A DNA stretch of 64,000 nucleotides. Origin: Paramecium tetraurelia (lineage: Eukaryota). Both the position numbers and the translations under genes were made by a program. The DNA lies in assembly GCA_000165425.1 (NCBI GenBank), contig CT868618.1, positions 265,827 through 329,826 of the forward strand. Reading direction: 5' to 3'. Shown here piece by piece: positions 27,574-41,709 of this stretch; the stretch's first letter is position 1; every line of letters begins with the position of its first letter. The notes beneath the pieces were generated by a model, which was not told where the DNA came from, ran no database searches, and was given only the letters and a program-made list of their open reading frames with translations.

Positions 27574-28748
27574 ATGCCACCCAAAAAAGAGGAAAGAAAA
27601 CCATTGGAGCCCATTTTCCAAGAAATCCCATTGTTTTATGAATACATTGATTATTCAAATGAGCAGATGGAATAATTAAATGAGTATTTGAATTACTTCA
27701 AACCAGAATTGAGTGCTATAATGAAAAATAATATTTTCGAAAATATGGAACTACTTAGTCAAACGATAAGGATAGCTATCCATCCTTCATTTATTAAACC
27801 AAATTAGATCATTGATTTGAACGATTTCGATGAAAACACAAAATTTAGAAACCCTGAAGATCTCGACGGAGATTAAGTACCATAAATGATTCAAATAAAT
27901 TCTGTAATTTTGATTATTTATTGTAATATAGATAAAAATAGATCTTTATACATTAAAATTATTGGATTATTGTGCTGGCATAAGCGGATTGACAACAATC
28001 AAATTATCAAATAATAGTTTAACATCCAGATAATACCAATAGTTAGCAGCAATAATAAACAATCCTGAAAACAAAATAAAAAAGCTGTTTATTGATTGGT
28101 AAGAAGTAGATGAAAGCTTCTTGTAATAGGTGTAGCAAGTCGAGTTTTTAACATTAAGATCTTGTTAATTAAGTATAATTTAGGTCTTAGCATTTAGCAA
28201 ATAAGTAAATATAATCTTTAACGTCGGATGTGTAAAATTTGAAATGCTTAGATCTTTATGATAATAGATTATCAAGAGAAGCCTTGAATTTGATAGGGAA
28301 AATGTTAGGTTAAAATGGTTCTATGGAATTTCTTGGTCTAGCTAAAAATGGAATACAATCTTTCGATGATCTATAAGGAATAACTTAGAACATCGGTAGA
28401 TTTCAAATGAGTCAAGAAGAATATGAGGAGTATAAGACGAAAGAAAAGGAGAGAGATGCAATTATTGAAAGAAATAAGAAAGTGAAGAAAAAGGGAACAG
28501 AAGAACCTGTGCCATTCTTAGAATCAATACAACAAATAGATAACAACTGGTATCTTATTAAGAATTCGAAATTGTGTTTGATAAACCTATCGATGAATTA
28601 GATTGATGATTAATCTAGAGATGCCATAGAAAAGTTCTTATTATAAACAGGTGAAAACTTCTAATTGGTTTTGATGAATAATAGATTTGATGATCAGAAA
28701 GCTTTGCAGAAAACAAAAAAGAAGTTTGGAAAGAAATTAGTATTATGA
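27574..28748 (+). CDS. Leucine-rich repeat protein (LRRC71-like)
   Basis: MPPKKEE start; LRRs LDLYDNRL, FLGLAKNGI, INLSMNQI; one intron near 27904. Confidence 0.8.
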
Positions 28749-28767
28749 TTATATTTATTTTAACTCA

Positions 28768-30077
28768 ATGAAATCAACAAAAGCAAGACAAGTTACAAAT
28801 ACATCTCAAATTGAAACTACACTGAACAATTAGAGTATTTCTTCTCGTAAGGTTCCAAAATTGCCATACTTATACATAAAGCACAATCAAGTTCTATCTA
28901 CATCTCGAAAACTCTTGATAGATGAGAATTCTGTTCTCATTCAGTTAAATGGATAGAAAAAGGAGCTGCTAAAACTGATTTATGATCGATAATTGGATGA
29001 AGCTATAGATAGTAAGTCAGTCTTACAATAATGTAGCAACAAAGAAATTAGTTTAGTAATGCATTGCCTATGATCTGAATATATTCGGAAAATCACTTCA
29101 CATACTTGCGGACATGTATATATCCAATAGGGAATTTGCTAATGGATTGTACATTTACAACGTGCTTAGAGTTTTGGGGGACGTTTAAAACAATTAAGCA
29201 CTTAAAATTGAAGCTCTGATTCAAATGGGAGATTTATGCAAACTATAATAATAGTATCAACTCAGCAAGATATTTCTGAAGAAAGCTCTTTAGTATGTTT
29301 GGTATTTGAATGATACTGAAAACGAAGCAACAATTTATGATTATTTTGGAGTTCTTTATTACGTGTAAGGAGAATTAAGATTGGCGAAGGAATATCATGA
29401 CAGAGCTATGAATTTTATAAAAGAATCTAATGATAGTGCAGCACGTAAACATGGAATAGAATATGTGAAGACATACATTAAAAGAATAAATTATTAATCT
29501 CAAGTCATGAATAATATGGTATTGTCTAAATTAGGATTGATCTAAGGCAATGAAACAGAAATTAAATTAAATACACTCCTGGATTTCAATATTTTGACAG
29601 AATAAATTTTATAGGATTATGAATTTCAAGTTGAAATGTCAACACCAAATAGACCGCAAAGATGTATAACTAAAAATGGAGTGCTTCAAAATGATGTTGA
29701 CATGTTTGAAAATGTAAAAGAATTGCATGAACGATAAAAAAAAAGAAAGTTTTTTGAAAAAAAAATACCAGTAATGCATCTAACTCGATCAGTTTTCAAA
29801 TAAACTATTGAAGAACAACTTGAATAAAGAATGAAAACAGATAAACAAAAAAATGTATAAATATTCTTTTCATTAGTCTGTGGAAGAATATAAGAAGTAG
29901 TTATAAAAATTTCATACTTATAAAAACTTCCCTGAAAAATTAGAAAAAGTCAATATTAATCATTTGTCTCCAAACAGAAATCTTATTGGTTTTAAATATA
30001 GTTTCAAACCTATGCGCCATTCATTACTTGATCTATTTGGCGAGATTGAATAATATACCTATTTACATTCATCCTGA
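28768..30077 (+). CDS. TPR-containing protein
   Basis: FLKKALQYVWYLND..IYDYFGVLYYVQGELRLAKEYHDRAM is TPR-like. Short introns. Confidence 0.75.
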
Positions 30078-30284
30078 TTTTCTGATTTTCTTCATTAGTA
30101 CACAAAATAAATATTATTAATATTTCAAATATGAGATTTCAATTGAGTAAGTTCACTCTATTCTTATTTTATATCATTTAATCTATGGAAATTCTTATTT
30201 ATTGATTGATTTAATTGCATTCTGAATAAGGATGTAATCTAGAAATGAATGAATGTCTATTATATTAAATATTTAATTTTGGAT

Positions 30285-31002
30285 ATGAGAAGATTAATTG
30301 TCAACCAAACAAGAAGTAAGACAGTTGCAGCTCGTCCAAGTGCTAATTTAGATAGGATCAATAAATGGTTGTAAACTCTTACAGCTAAAGCCAATACTTT
30401 AGAGAGCAGATTTTACACATCATAATTAAGTTCCTTGTTTAATTTCTATTCTAAACCAACCACAGGTGCAGCCTAAGTAAGAGCTTAATTAAATGGTAGG
30501 AAATTGATTGGAATTACTGGAAAGAATAAATTACAACAGAAGGATTGGTTGATAAGGTATAAAAGGGTCACGAGACTCTCCTTAATAAAGAATTTGATGT
30601 TGAACGCATTTGTCATCAAGTTGTTTCCAGTTAAAGCAAAGAATTAGAAGACTTAGAAAATGAACTCACTTTCCATAGTGCTGTCTGGAGCAATTACTAT
30701 TTGGATTAACATTTGGCTTTACTCGATTTAGAGTAATATGGAGACAGAAACAGTTACGTCAGTACTCTAATTATATTTATGCATTAGTTCATGAGGATTA
30801 CGATTTTTATCCTGGATTAGAAGCAGATTTAGAAGAATTAACAGAAACTCATAATTGGATTCCAGGATCAAAGGATGACATCAACTTGAAGGGTTACATG
30901 GTTTCTCAATTCTAATGGGGAAAGAAGATCATTTCATTTTACAGACATCCTTGTGATGACTTCAAAGCTGCAAGAGGTACCAAAAATATCTTGGGTAGAT
31001 GA
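30285..31002 (+). CDS. ATP5PD: Mitochondrial ATP synthase subunit d (ciliate type)
   Basis: IDWNYWKEQITTEGLVDKV; C-terminus ETHNWIPGSKDDINLKGY..QFQWGKKIISFYRHPCDDFKAARGTKNILGR closely resembles ciliate subunit d as recalled. Two introns. Confidence 0.9.
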
Positions 31003-31449
31003 GATTTATACATGCAAAATATTATAAAACAATATAATATGCTTAATACAAAATATTTATTATTTATCTAATTAAGATATACAGATTTTATTATTAGCAT
31101 ACTTATGTGATAAGATTTAATTATTCAATTAATTGTATTAGTATAAAAGGAATTCAAAAATTAAATAATGTTTTTTTTTTAGGTAGTTAGATTTAAGATA
31201 TTTCAATAATATTTATTGTCTGCAAGTATAGCAACTTCATTTTTATATAAAGGAAACAAATATATAATAACACTCTTAGAAATATATAATAATTATATCT
31301 TGTGAGATATTAGTTATAATATTATATACCATCAATTTTATGATATTTAATATTCCTTTCATAAAATGTGATCTAGATCTCTCCCTTCTCTGTTAGTATT
31401 GTAAATTCTATGAAATTCTTCATAATTATTATAAATTGAATTAATTATG

Positions 31450-32184
31450 TCATTTTTCATTTTTATCATACTCAATTGGGTAATTGTCGTCTTAACAAAT
31501 GTAGACTTAGATTTCATTATGTTAACACTGCACTTTTGAACTATTTAAATAGACTTAGTAAGGAAATTCAGGATTATCATCCAAGACTGTTTCTACTAAT
31601 GTACCTTTAGGAGCAGTTATAATAAATAAAGTTTCACCTTTATGATCTATTTGCTGAGTTTTTAAGAGCTCCTTAAAATCTTCTTGTGTTAGATAAGTGT
31701 ATTTCGCAATATCAGGTTCTGTCTGAATCTTCTCTTGTAGATTTTTTTATAAGTGTTCAATATAAAAGTCATAAGTCTTTTCTTCATTTTATAGTTATTC
31801 TAGTTCTTATTTGATCTATTATAGTTCTTTCTCCAGATGTGGATCATCTGTGGCACCAACCCATTTAATTTTGTTTTTTGAGATTTTTTCAATAAAGCCT
31901 ATACCTTCCAAAACATTTGTAATGTCATACATTCTTCTCTTTTGCACTCCCAAGACATTGACAGCCATATTCAAATCAATTGTGAGATCATTTGAATTTT
32001 AGATTAGTTCGACAAACTTTTTTGTTAAGACAGACAAAGAATTATCGTGTCTTGCTTTTGACTTTCCACTGCTTTTTAGTTCTTCGTCATTCGATTCATT
32101 GAAGGAATTCTCATCATTAGAGTACTCTTCCTATAAATTTTTTTTTTCCGACTCCAATTTAATTTGTTTTCGCTTCATATTCAT
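31450..32184 (-). CDS. E2F: E2F transcription factor (244 aa)
   Basis: [43 protein letters not shown], followed by a coiled coil and marked box ([17 protein letters not shown]). Intronless, 735 nt. Confidence 0.93.
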
Positions 32185-32762
32185 GCAATTATTAATTTTT
32201 TATTTCGCATTATAAAGAACTCTTGATTTACCTTCATATAGATGTGAATCGTAAGGCAATAGTGAATTTTGGAACACAAAAGAAATAATATTCTTCACCC
32301 AAAATAAACGTATATATAAATTCGCTAATCTCGAGACAACTAAATTAAATAATAATAATCCAGAGTATAAATATTTCTGAAAAAAAATAATTTCACTTAT
32401 GTTGAATTTATGAAAATTTAGACCTGAAAACATTCTTGACATTTTTTCTGAATTTATTAGACATTCCATTATTTCCTAAAAACAAGCTTTGGTAATTAAA
32501 ATTATTTACTAAAAAATTAACAATAATTTTAGAAAAGGTAGTAATAATTATAAAATAATTTTATTTCTTTGTATTATTCACGTTTGGTATATATAGGTTT
32601 CTATTTATTTTAACAGACTTTTCTTTTAAGAGCTCAAATTAAGTCAACAAAAAACTTCTCTCCTTAATAAAATACCAGTTTTTTTTAATTGTTAGAAACT
32701 TCTGGATGAGTTATGAATAATATTGATCTACTCAAATTTTATTTCATTTTAATTGTCTTATT

Positions 32763-33482
32763 ATGTAGATGTAGACATCTGATGCTCAATTTGAATTGAT
32801 TTACCAAAACCTCTGTAAGGATGATAGGTTTTGCTTTGATTTAAGAATGCAATTCGAGAAAATTTTAAAAGCTGAGCAAGAGAGATATCGTGCATACAGT
32901 GATCTCGCTAACTTTCTGAGCGGACTAGCTAAGGAACCTTTTTAAGAAACAATATCTATAATTGAAATGCTGGAAGAACTCGCAAAGAGCATATAAGAAG
33001 TGAATTTAAAATACATGGAGAAATATAACGATGACTAGGATAAAGGACTTATTAAATTGTTGAAATCAAAAATAATACCCAGCTTGGTAGATGGACAGAG
33101 ATCTGTTGAAGTTTAGAAGAAGGCATTAAATGAATACAAAGAGAAAGCCATAAGATTAAAGAAATTGGAGTAAAAGAAGGAGGAATACATGATGAAGAAT
33201 GACGATAAGTTGCTCAACATAGAGAAGCAAGTATAGGAGGCTAGGAGAGAGAAACTGGAGAAGGGATAAACATTTAACTTCACATATTAAAACTACGTCG
33301 AAGATAAAAATGATGAGTTAAAAGGCCTGTTCAAGCACTTCTTCAATAGGCTTCTGGTGATATCTACGGCAGGTCTTCAGCATTACTCATTGGCCATCAA
33401 TAAGGTTCACACAACAAATGAAATTAAGGAAATTGAATTTTAATTGGGAGAATTGGGTATTATAAAGAGGAAAAAAAAGTGA
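32763..33482 (+). CDS. All-helical BAR-like protein (239 aa; FAM92/Vps5-type fold inferred)
   Basis: Intronless 720-nt code-6 ORF with long amphipathic helices, ending YVEDKNDELKGLFKHFF... Confidence 0.65.
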
Positions 33483-33665
33483 TTATGATTTATCAAAATA
33501 TAATAAATTTTATAAGCTTCTTTTAAAGGAATGTAGGGTAAATCTTAATTATCTGAGATTCTTGGTTTGAAAATAATGAATTTGAGAGGGTGCAGAATAT
33601 TGAGATAATTTGATAACAAGAATATTAATTCTTTTATTTAATGAAAAAATTAATAAAAATACTAA

Positions 33666-36500
33666 ATGAACTCAATTTTAATGGAGATTGATCAGTACTC
33701 AGCTCGTGCTGTCAATGAGGATTAAGCCCTAATGAGTAAGAGAGGTGATTAAGAACAAAGAAAAGCAGAGTTCTTTCAACGTTGTTTATAGGATCGTAAA
33801 GTTCATACAGATTTATCCTAATCAGAAAAATTTATATTTGGAGACAAAGCCATATATATGGGAAGATTCAAATTGGAATAGAGATTGTAGGATATCGATG
33901 AAGTTTTTTTGCCTTTTGACAATATTGATTTGGATGAAAAGGAACGTAATGAAAAAATGAAAGAGTTATCAAAATCTTCTTAATCTGAAAACTAAAGGAT
34001 TGATATTAGTAAGAGGAACAAGAGGATCGAAAATTTTTGGTTGATAATAAGTCCAGATAGTTCTATTAAAATATTGTGGGACTTCTTCTGTATGATATTA
34101 ATTCTCTACGAAATCATAACAATACCAATAAGAATCAGTTTCGACATAGAAGTGAGTGCGGAGTTTGGTTATGTGATAACAGCAGCGTTTATATTTGATA
34201 TTTTGTTAACATTTAATACAGCAGTATATTTGAATGGAAATATCAATTATTCATATAAGGCAATCGCACTGGATTATTTCAAATTGTGGTTTTGGATAGA
34301 TGTTGTGGCATCATTTCCTTATGATATGGTATTCAATACAGTATTGACAGGGGAAGCTGAAGACGAAGCGACTTAGTCTTCTTAAAATTTAAAAAAGAGT
34401 ACTTAAATTTTAAGAGTATTAAAATTCTTTCGATTTGTTAAAGTCATACGTTTGTTAAGATTGGCAAAGTTGAAGGCAATAATGGATAAAATAGAGGAGT
34501 ATTTTTCAGACAGTTCTATAATTTAAACAATCGGGAGTTTTTTAAAGCTGTGTGCATTTGTCTTATTTTGGTCTCATTGGCTTGGATGTATATTCCATTT
34601 TATAGGGTAAAGCGAGGATACAACATACAATTGGCTGTCTATTTATGGATTGTATGATGAGCCTTGGGAAATTAGATATGTAAATTCAGTATATTGGGCA
34701 GTGACTACAATGATTACTGTAGGCTATGGTGATCTATCTCCATAAACACCATTAGAGAGACTATTTGGAGTGTTCTTTCTTCTCATTGCTTGTGGTGTGT
34801 TCTCTTTTACTATGAACACCATCGGTAATACAATGCAATAACTAAGTTAGAAGTAAGATTAGTATCAGAAGAGGATATCTGAAATAAATATATATATGGC
34901 TAAAGTCAAGATTCCAAAGCAATTATAAAATAAGGTTAGAAGATATTTATAGTATATCTGGGATTCTCATCGTAGTGTAAATTTGGAATCAATTTGTTAA
35001 AATCTCTCATTATCTCTAAAATACGAGTTTACCATATAAGTGAATGGTACAATATTGGCTAGTTATAAATTGTTGTGTGAGACATTTTCAAGGAAGTTGC
35101 TAATTGAATTGACTCAGATTCTAAAAGAATAGACAATTTAACCAGATGAATATGTCTTTATAGAAGATGAGCCTAAGAATGAACAAATTCTATATTTTAT
35201 TTAGGAAGGTCAAATAAATATTGTGTTAATTAAAACTAGACAAATAGTGGCTAGGTTGAGTAATAAGTAGATCTTTGGTGAAATTAGCTTCTTTGGTAAT
35301 ATTGGCAGAACAGCATCAGCTAAAAGCAATGGTTTCACTGATGTATTTGTTTTGAAAAGACAAGATTTTGTGGCTCTATTGGACAAGTTTCCAGAAGACA
35401 GGGAACGATTTAATTATATCAATGAAGAAGTCAATAAACGATAATTGTAGGTGTTGAATATTCATTGCTATGCTTGTGATTTACCAGGACATGTTATTAG
35501 AGATTGTCCCTCATTACATTTTGTGATTGATTTGTATGTGTATTAAAAGACCAAAATCAGATGCATCAAAGCCATAATGAAAGATTTCGTAAGGAAAGAT
35601 CGAATGAATTATAATGCTTTGAAGAATAGGGAGGATTTGGAAAAAGAAGCTAAGAGACTGTAGATGAATATACCTACTCATAAATTCTTGATGGAGGAAT
35701 GCAATGTGGATGATCAATTATCTTAGGCAGTGGAGGATGAATCCATAAAAAAGGGATTCAAATTAAGATCTAAGTTTAAAGAAGACAGGAATAGAAGAAG
35801 AAATTGGGAATAAACTTTTAAGAAATCTGCCCAGAAGATTCAGTAGATCTAAATTAAGCAATCAGAGATATTTAGTATTACCAAAAGTCTTTCTTAAGCA
35901 CTATTATCTTCTCATGCTAGTGGGGAAACCAGTCTCAATCACATTGCAATTAATTAGTTCAAATCTCCAAATGAGAGTTCAGAAGATAGTGATAGTGGAA
36001 CCATCCAATAAAAGATGGAAGACATTATGGCTGACTATTAGATATTCAAATAAGAAGTAGACAAGTACAATGGGAGTCAACAATTGGAGATCAAGAAGAA
36101 CTTTGTGTTGCTGAATGAATTTGAATGTGGCTAAGATTTCAATATATTTTATCCTCACAACAATCTCTCTGTTGTGTTGAAAGAATTCCACAAGTATCAA
36201 TTAGGTAACTCTGTCAAACCTAAAATCGATACTGAATATGATACCAATGTATTTCAGGAATACATGGAATATTATGTAATAGACATAGAAGATGTGAATA
36301 GATTTAAATTGGAAGTCAAACCATCTTAAATCAAACAATTTCTACCTTTCACAGAACTTCTCTAATCATCATATAACCGTTAAGTAATAATAATTAATAT
36401 TATTTCTTAGAAAAAAAAGAACTTTGGTTTGTTAAAACATCCAAAAAGATCGTTTAAATAAGTTGTTAGAGCAATTATATTGGCAAGAAAATTTAAATGA
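33666..36500 (+). CDS. 6TM K+ channel with cyclic-nucleotide-binding domain (EAG/HCN-like)
   Basis: S4 LRVLKFFRFVKVIRLLRLAKL, pore YWAVTTMITVGYGD, CNBD IFGEISFF..RTASA, CCHC knuckle. Intronless, 944 aa. Confidence 0.95.
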
Positions 36501-36845
36501 TTAATTATATCATAACATTATTAATCTATATCAAGATTCTCTTAATCCTGAAGTTCCTGATATCACTTAAATATTCACCCTCTCTCCAACTTAATAAATA
36601 ATAATAATCAAATCTATTGATTACTGAATTCAAACTAACCTTGTTAATTGCTATCATATACACTTGAAATTCTAATTATTAGATTCGAAATTAAACAAGT
36701 TACAAGTTAGAAGTACTGACAACAGAATTACTAAGTGAAGAATGGAAATTAGAATTAATTTAAAACTTACTTATTAATTCATTGATTTCTAAATAGTTTT
36801 GGATTCTGAACCATTATTAAATAATTAATATATTGTTTTATTAAT

Positions 36846-37813
36846 ATGTCTCTCCTTCTTTTGAATGCAAGCAATAGAATTGCATAAGGATTCTTAAAAG
36901 TTGCTGCGGAAAGTGGCAAATATGAGAAGATCATCTGTGCTGACATTTTCCCAACTTATTTCACAGTCCAAAGACTCCTCAAATTTAAGTCATCATTATC
37001 AGCAAACATAGAATTGTTCAAAGTCGGAGATCGTTAAGATTTACATGATGTAATCAAATAAGCCAACAATGTTCTATATGTCAGTCATGATTATTACTAA
37101 ACCACAGCATCCAAAAAGAATTTATTGGTTGCTACCTTAGATTTGGTCAAAAATAGAAACTATAAGACTGTTGCCTATGTTGCACCAGTTGAACATGATC
37201 ACCAAGAGGAAATTGATGAATGGAAACATCTAGAAGTAGAAGGACGTCGTTTCATTCCTTAATTAGTTGGTATCAGATCTGACATTACCTTTGGACCAAA
37301 TAGCACATTCACTAATAAATTAGCATAAAGAATTTATAATGGTGAAAGCATCTACTTCTAAAACACTGGACAATCATGTGCTCCCATATTCACTGGCGAT
37401 TTAGAATAAATTGTGGCCTAAGTTCTAGCTGGCTCACATGCAGGCAAATTGCTCTTAGCTAAGGGACACAAACACATTGATTTCAAATCAATTATTCATT
37501 TGATTGAGGATAGTCTTGGAAGCGCATATAAAGCCAAATTAAATCAATCCTTTATTGAAAAAGTAAATGTCTATTCAAATTCAATTAGGTCATCCATCCA
37601 ACCAATAATTGCATCATAGGCTAATAATTATATTGTCCATCATACATTAATTTAACTAAATTGATTGCAAATTATAAAGCTTTGGAAAACACTGGATATG
37701 ACCAAGTTGTCGGTGATAAGCTAGTTGATATTGAAGAGTATCACAAGAACAATAAAACAGTTATTGATCAATCATTGAAAGCAGATTATTAATTAAGCTA
37801 CTTAGTTGGTTGA
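36846..37813 (+). CDS. NmrA/atypical SDR Rossmann-fold protein
   Basis: LLLLNASNRIAQG, IICADIFP, IRSDITFGP, APIFTGDL. One intron at ~37563. Confidence 0.7.
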
Positions 37814-38559
37814 ATAAATAATAATCTACATAAATCGAATAAAAATATAAAATATTCAATTTTATTATATTTTTAATAACATTAAGATTAAATTAAATTT
37901 ATTAATTATATAATAATAGTTGGTTGTAGTTGTAGTAATCTATTTTGTGTATTAGAATATAGTTGAAAATAGGTAATCCTATGAAAATGAGCAGTTATAG
38001 GATTGAATTATTTTTCACTATCATCTACTTAGAAAAGCTAAATTTTAAATAATTATTTCAAACATCAAAAAAGAAAGAAATCTCATAAAAATTCTAGATT
38101 ATTCATCTTTGAAATACTATTAATCGTAGTATTTACAAATAATCGAATTTCATTGGTATATAATGATGGAAATCGGTTAGGTAGTTGAATGTACTGATTT
38201 TACTTGCTTTTTCAAAATACTGTAGCTAAGAATTAGCAGTGATATAAATACTATTGAAAATGTATGTGGAAGATTTAAATAAGATTTTCATAAATTAAGG
38301 AAGTTAGTTATTTTATAAGATTTCTACTGATAAATATTTTGGTTTACACATGATTTAAAAAATTAATATTTTTCTTATATTTATTTCAGAAATTTATTTA
38401 ATATGAGATTTTAATGAGACTAAATTATTGTTAGATGGTAAAATAAATAAGATTTGTAGTAGATTAATATATTCTTGAAGGAAACCTAAAAATATCGAAT
38501 GGTTTCTTAAATAATTGTGATATATCAATAAATTTATAAATAATAATTATTATCATTGA

Positions 38560-39983
38560 ATGAAATAAGAGATAAGCAAGACTTCCTTCTAAATGTAATG
38601 TTAACGAAAACATTTCATTAAGGATAAGCAATATCATCTTCTTATGGAGGATGATCGCATAAAAATATCGGAGGTAAGACAACATCCACCTAAAAGAGAC
38701 AGTAGATTTTCAATACTCTAAATATCTCCTTGATCTAAATTTCGAAAGCTTGATTTATTGGAAGACAGACCAGGATTAACTTGTTGCCTTTGGTATAATG
38801 TATAATAAAACTCTGAAATGGTTTCATGCTGATTCTTCTGATTTATAGCATCTATATAAAAACCTATGTGGGAGAGTTTTATTTGGAAACATTTCTTCCA
38901 TTTATGAGAATAAAGAGATATTGGGTTCTGGAGCTTCGTCAAAAGTATACAGAGTTTTAAATAAATTAACACATTGCCTCTACGCTTCAAAATGCATTCG
39001 TAAAGACTACATTTACAAGAGAGAAGACAAAGAACGATATGTAAACATTTAATTGATTTAGAATCGCATGATCCAAGAGATTGATTTAATGAGGAGATTG
39101 GACCATGAAACCATTGTGAAAATGATTGATATTTTTGAAGGTGAAAAATCGTTCTATATCATACTTGAGCTATTATAGGGTGACTCTCTGCATACGTTTT
39201 TTAAAAAACACTCATTAACACTTACACAGATTCGATAGATCATTAGTGTATTCATATATTCATATGATAGAGGTGCCTTTAAGCATTATGCTATCTAGAC
39301 CTAAATAATATAATTCATAGGGATTTGAAATTAGAAAACGTAGTTTTGAAAGAACAAGGAAAAGTTGAATCTGTTAGGATTATTGATTTTGGTCTTGCAA
39401 TTTATTCATCCAACAATTAAAGACAATTATGTGGAACTCCTGGATATATAGCTCCTGAGATGTTTATTGAAAAATACCCTTACACTACCAAAGTAGACGT
39501 TTTTAGCTTAGGAGCCATATTCTATAAACTATTATGTAAGAAACCTTTATTTCATGGGAACACAAGCGAGGAGATTTTAGAGAACAATAAAAAGTTCCTT
39601 TGGAATAATCATCTCAAAAATTGTTCTGATGAAACTATTGATTTGATAAAGTAGATGCTTTAAAGAGATCCAAATAAAAGAATATCAGCCTACCAAGCGC
39701 TGCAACACCCATTTTTTGGGGAAAGATTTATAGGTATTGATAGGATTCGATTTAAGTAGAACAAGGAATAGCTGAAGAGAGTTCTCATGAAATTGTGAAA
39801 ACATTCCCACTTATAAAACCTATGTAAATAATTAACTCCAATGACAATATTCCAGAGATTAAGATTTAAGCTATTAGGGGAGGTTAACAAAGCTTTGATT
39901 AAAGCTTAGGATCTAATTATTTCCCATCATTTGATGAGGGTTATTAGAAACCAAAAAACGGAAGCGATCATATTATTGAATGA
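38560..39983 (+). CDS. Ser/Thr protein kinase (CAMK-like) with N-terminal PH-like region
   Basis: LGSGASSKV, IIHRDLKLEN, IIDFGLA, CGTPGYIAPE, DVFSLG. Four short introns. Confidence 0.92.
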
Positions 39984-39989
39984 CTTTTA

Positions 39990-40703
39990 TCAAAATACAA
40001 ACTTAGTATTCATAATATTATATATTCTTGTTTGCTATTTATCGCTCAATTGCGATTTGTAATAAGGAATTTAATTATCAAGTAATTTATTGCATATCTT
40101 TTATGCTCTATCTTTATTATCATCATTCATCAATATAAATTAAATTGATTAATTTAGTCTGGCTGACTTTATTTTCTATCTATCTTACAACCTCTCCTTT
40201 GCTCTTTGACTTCCCTCTTTTCCTTGTACCTCATTCAATTTATTTCTTTCTTCTTGAAAATCAATGACTTTTTAATGGAAAACTTATGTGAAATTTTAAT
40301 CTTAGGCTGTTTCATTAATGAAATCTTTTAATTTTCGTTCAGCATCCAATCTTAGCTCAGTAATTTGTTTCAAAATTTCTTTATCAGAACAAATTCTTCT
40401 TTACACTTATTATTTCTAAATTCCATTAATCAAACGTAATTCATCTATCTTATCAAAAGTCTAAACAAGTGTTCGTAGTTTTTATTAGATCTTCCCAGGC
40501 TTTAGAGAGATGCTTCTGACTTTTTTACACAATAGATCTTAAACAACTTGTTAGTATTCCTTGTGCAAGCAATGTTCCCAAGCCAAATCGATTTAACTTT
40601 TGGAACAATCAATTATTTGATGATCTTGGAGAATCTTTAAAAATTTTGATTTTTATGTAGGTTTCTCGATTCTCAATTAAGCCAACAAGTGATATGTCTG
40701 CAT
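39990..40703 (-). CDS. Hypothetical protein (237 aa)
   Basis: Intronless 714-nt code-6 ORF MQTYHLLAQLRIEK...NTKFVF*. Confidence 0.72.
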
Positions 40704-40903
40704 TTATAAATAATAATTAGTTATAGATAAACTTATACCCTCGTATATAATTTATTTTTATATTGTATATAATTTCAAACATATTACATCATCACTTGTT
40801 TTGTAATTCATTAGTTAATAATCACTCAAATTTACTTTAAATTGTTAATTAATAATTTACTGAATTAATAAGAGTTATTATAATATTTTAATAAAGAGCA
40901 AAA

Positions 40904-41709
40904 TCAAGTATTCTTCTATAAGATAAATTTGGCATACTCCTTTAAATCCTAGATGTCTTCAGGTGATTTCATTTCACCCCATTCTTTTAATCTTCTTTTT
41001 AATTTCTCAATATGTCTAAACTAATTAATTAATATAGTTACTATTTCTATTAAATAAGCTTGTCTGTTAAATCACTTGGGAAATGATAATCCATGTCTAC
41101 TTTAAAAAATAGATCTTGTTTCATTTATTCCATTTCATGGTTGATGTATGGTTATAGGACATCTGTAGGAACTTGAATTTAGATTTTCTTCGGTTCATCA
41201 GTTGATTAATTCTAGTTATTTAAATTCAATAATTTTTTGGTCTTAGCTTTTAGATTATTGCGTTAAAAAAACTAAATTTTTTATTTTAATTGCATAGGTT
41301 TAATAGTTTCTTCTATTAAATATGGTTTACTATCGATTCTTTAAGAAGGCTATTCAATTTTAGGTTCAACCCTTATTTAATAATTGAATTTCAAATTGGG
41401 TTTTTTTCTCTTCTCTGGTAATATGTAATGTTTATTGAAATGCCAATGACCATCTGGAGTATGATGTTAATTTGTTGGTGATCGAGAATGATCTGTATGA
41501 TATCTTTATTTTTCTGAATTGATCCTTACTAAACGATTCATCTGATCCCTTTCTCTAATGAAGGGAACAAATGATGATATATTCTTTACGTCCTTGCTAA
41601 ATTCTTTAACTAACTTGAAACGAGGTAAATATAAATTAGAATCTTCTTAATCATTGAAATACTCTGATATATTGTTTTTGAAGCTATGTATATAATTGTT
41701 GGATAGCAT
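40904..41709 (-). CDS. Hypothetical protein
   Basis: ORF MLSNNYIHSFKNNISEYF..., one intron near 41020-41042, ending KEYAKFILQKNT*. Confidence 0.7.
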
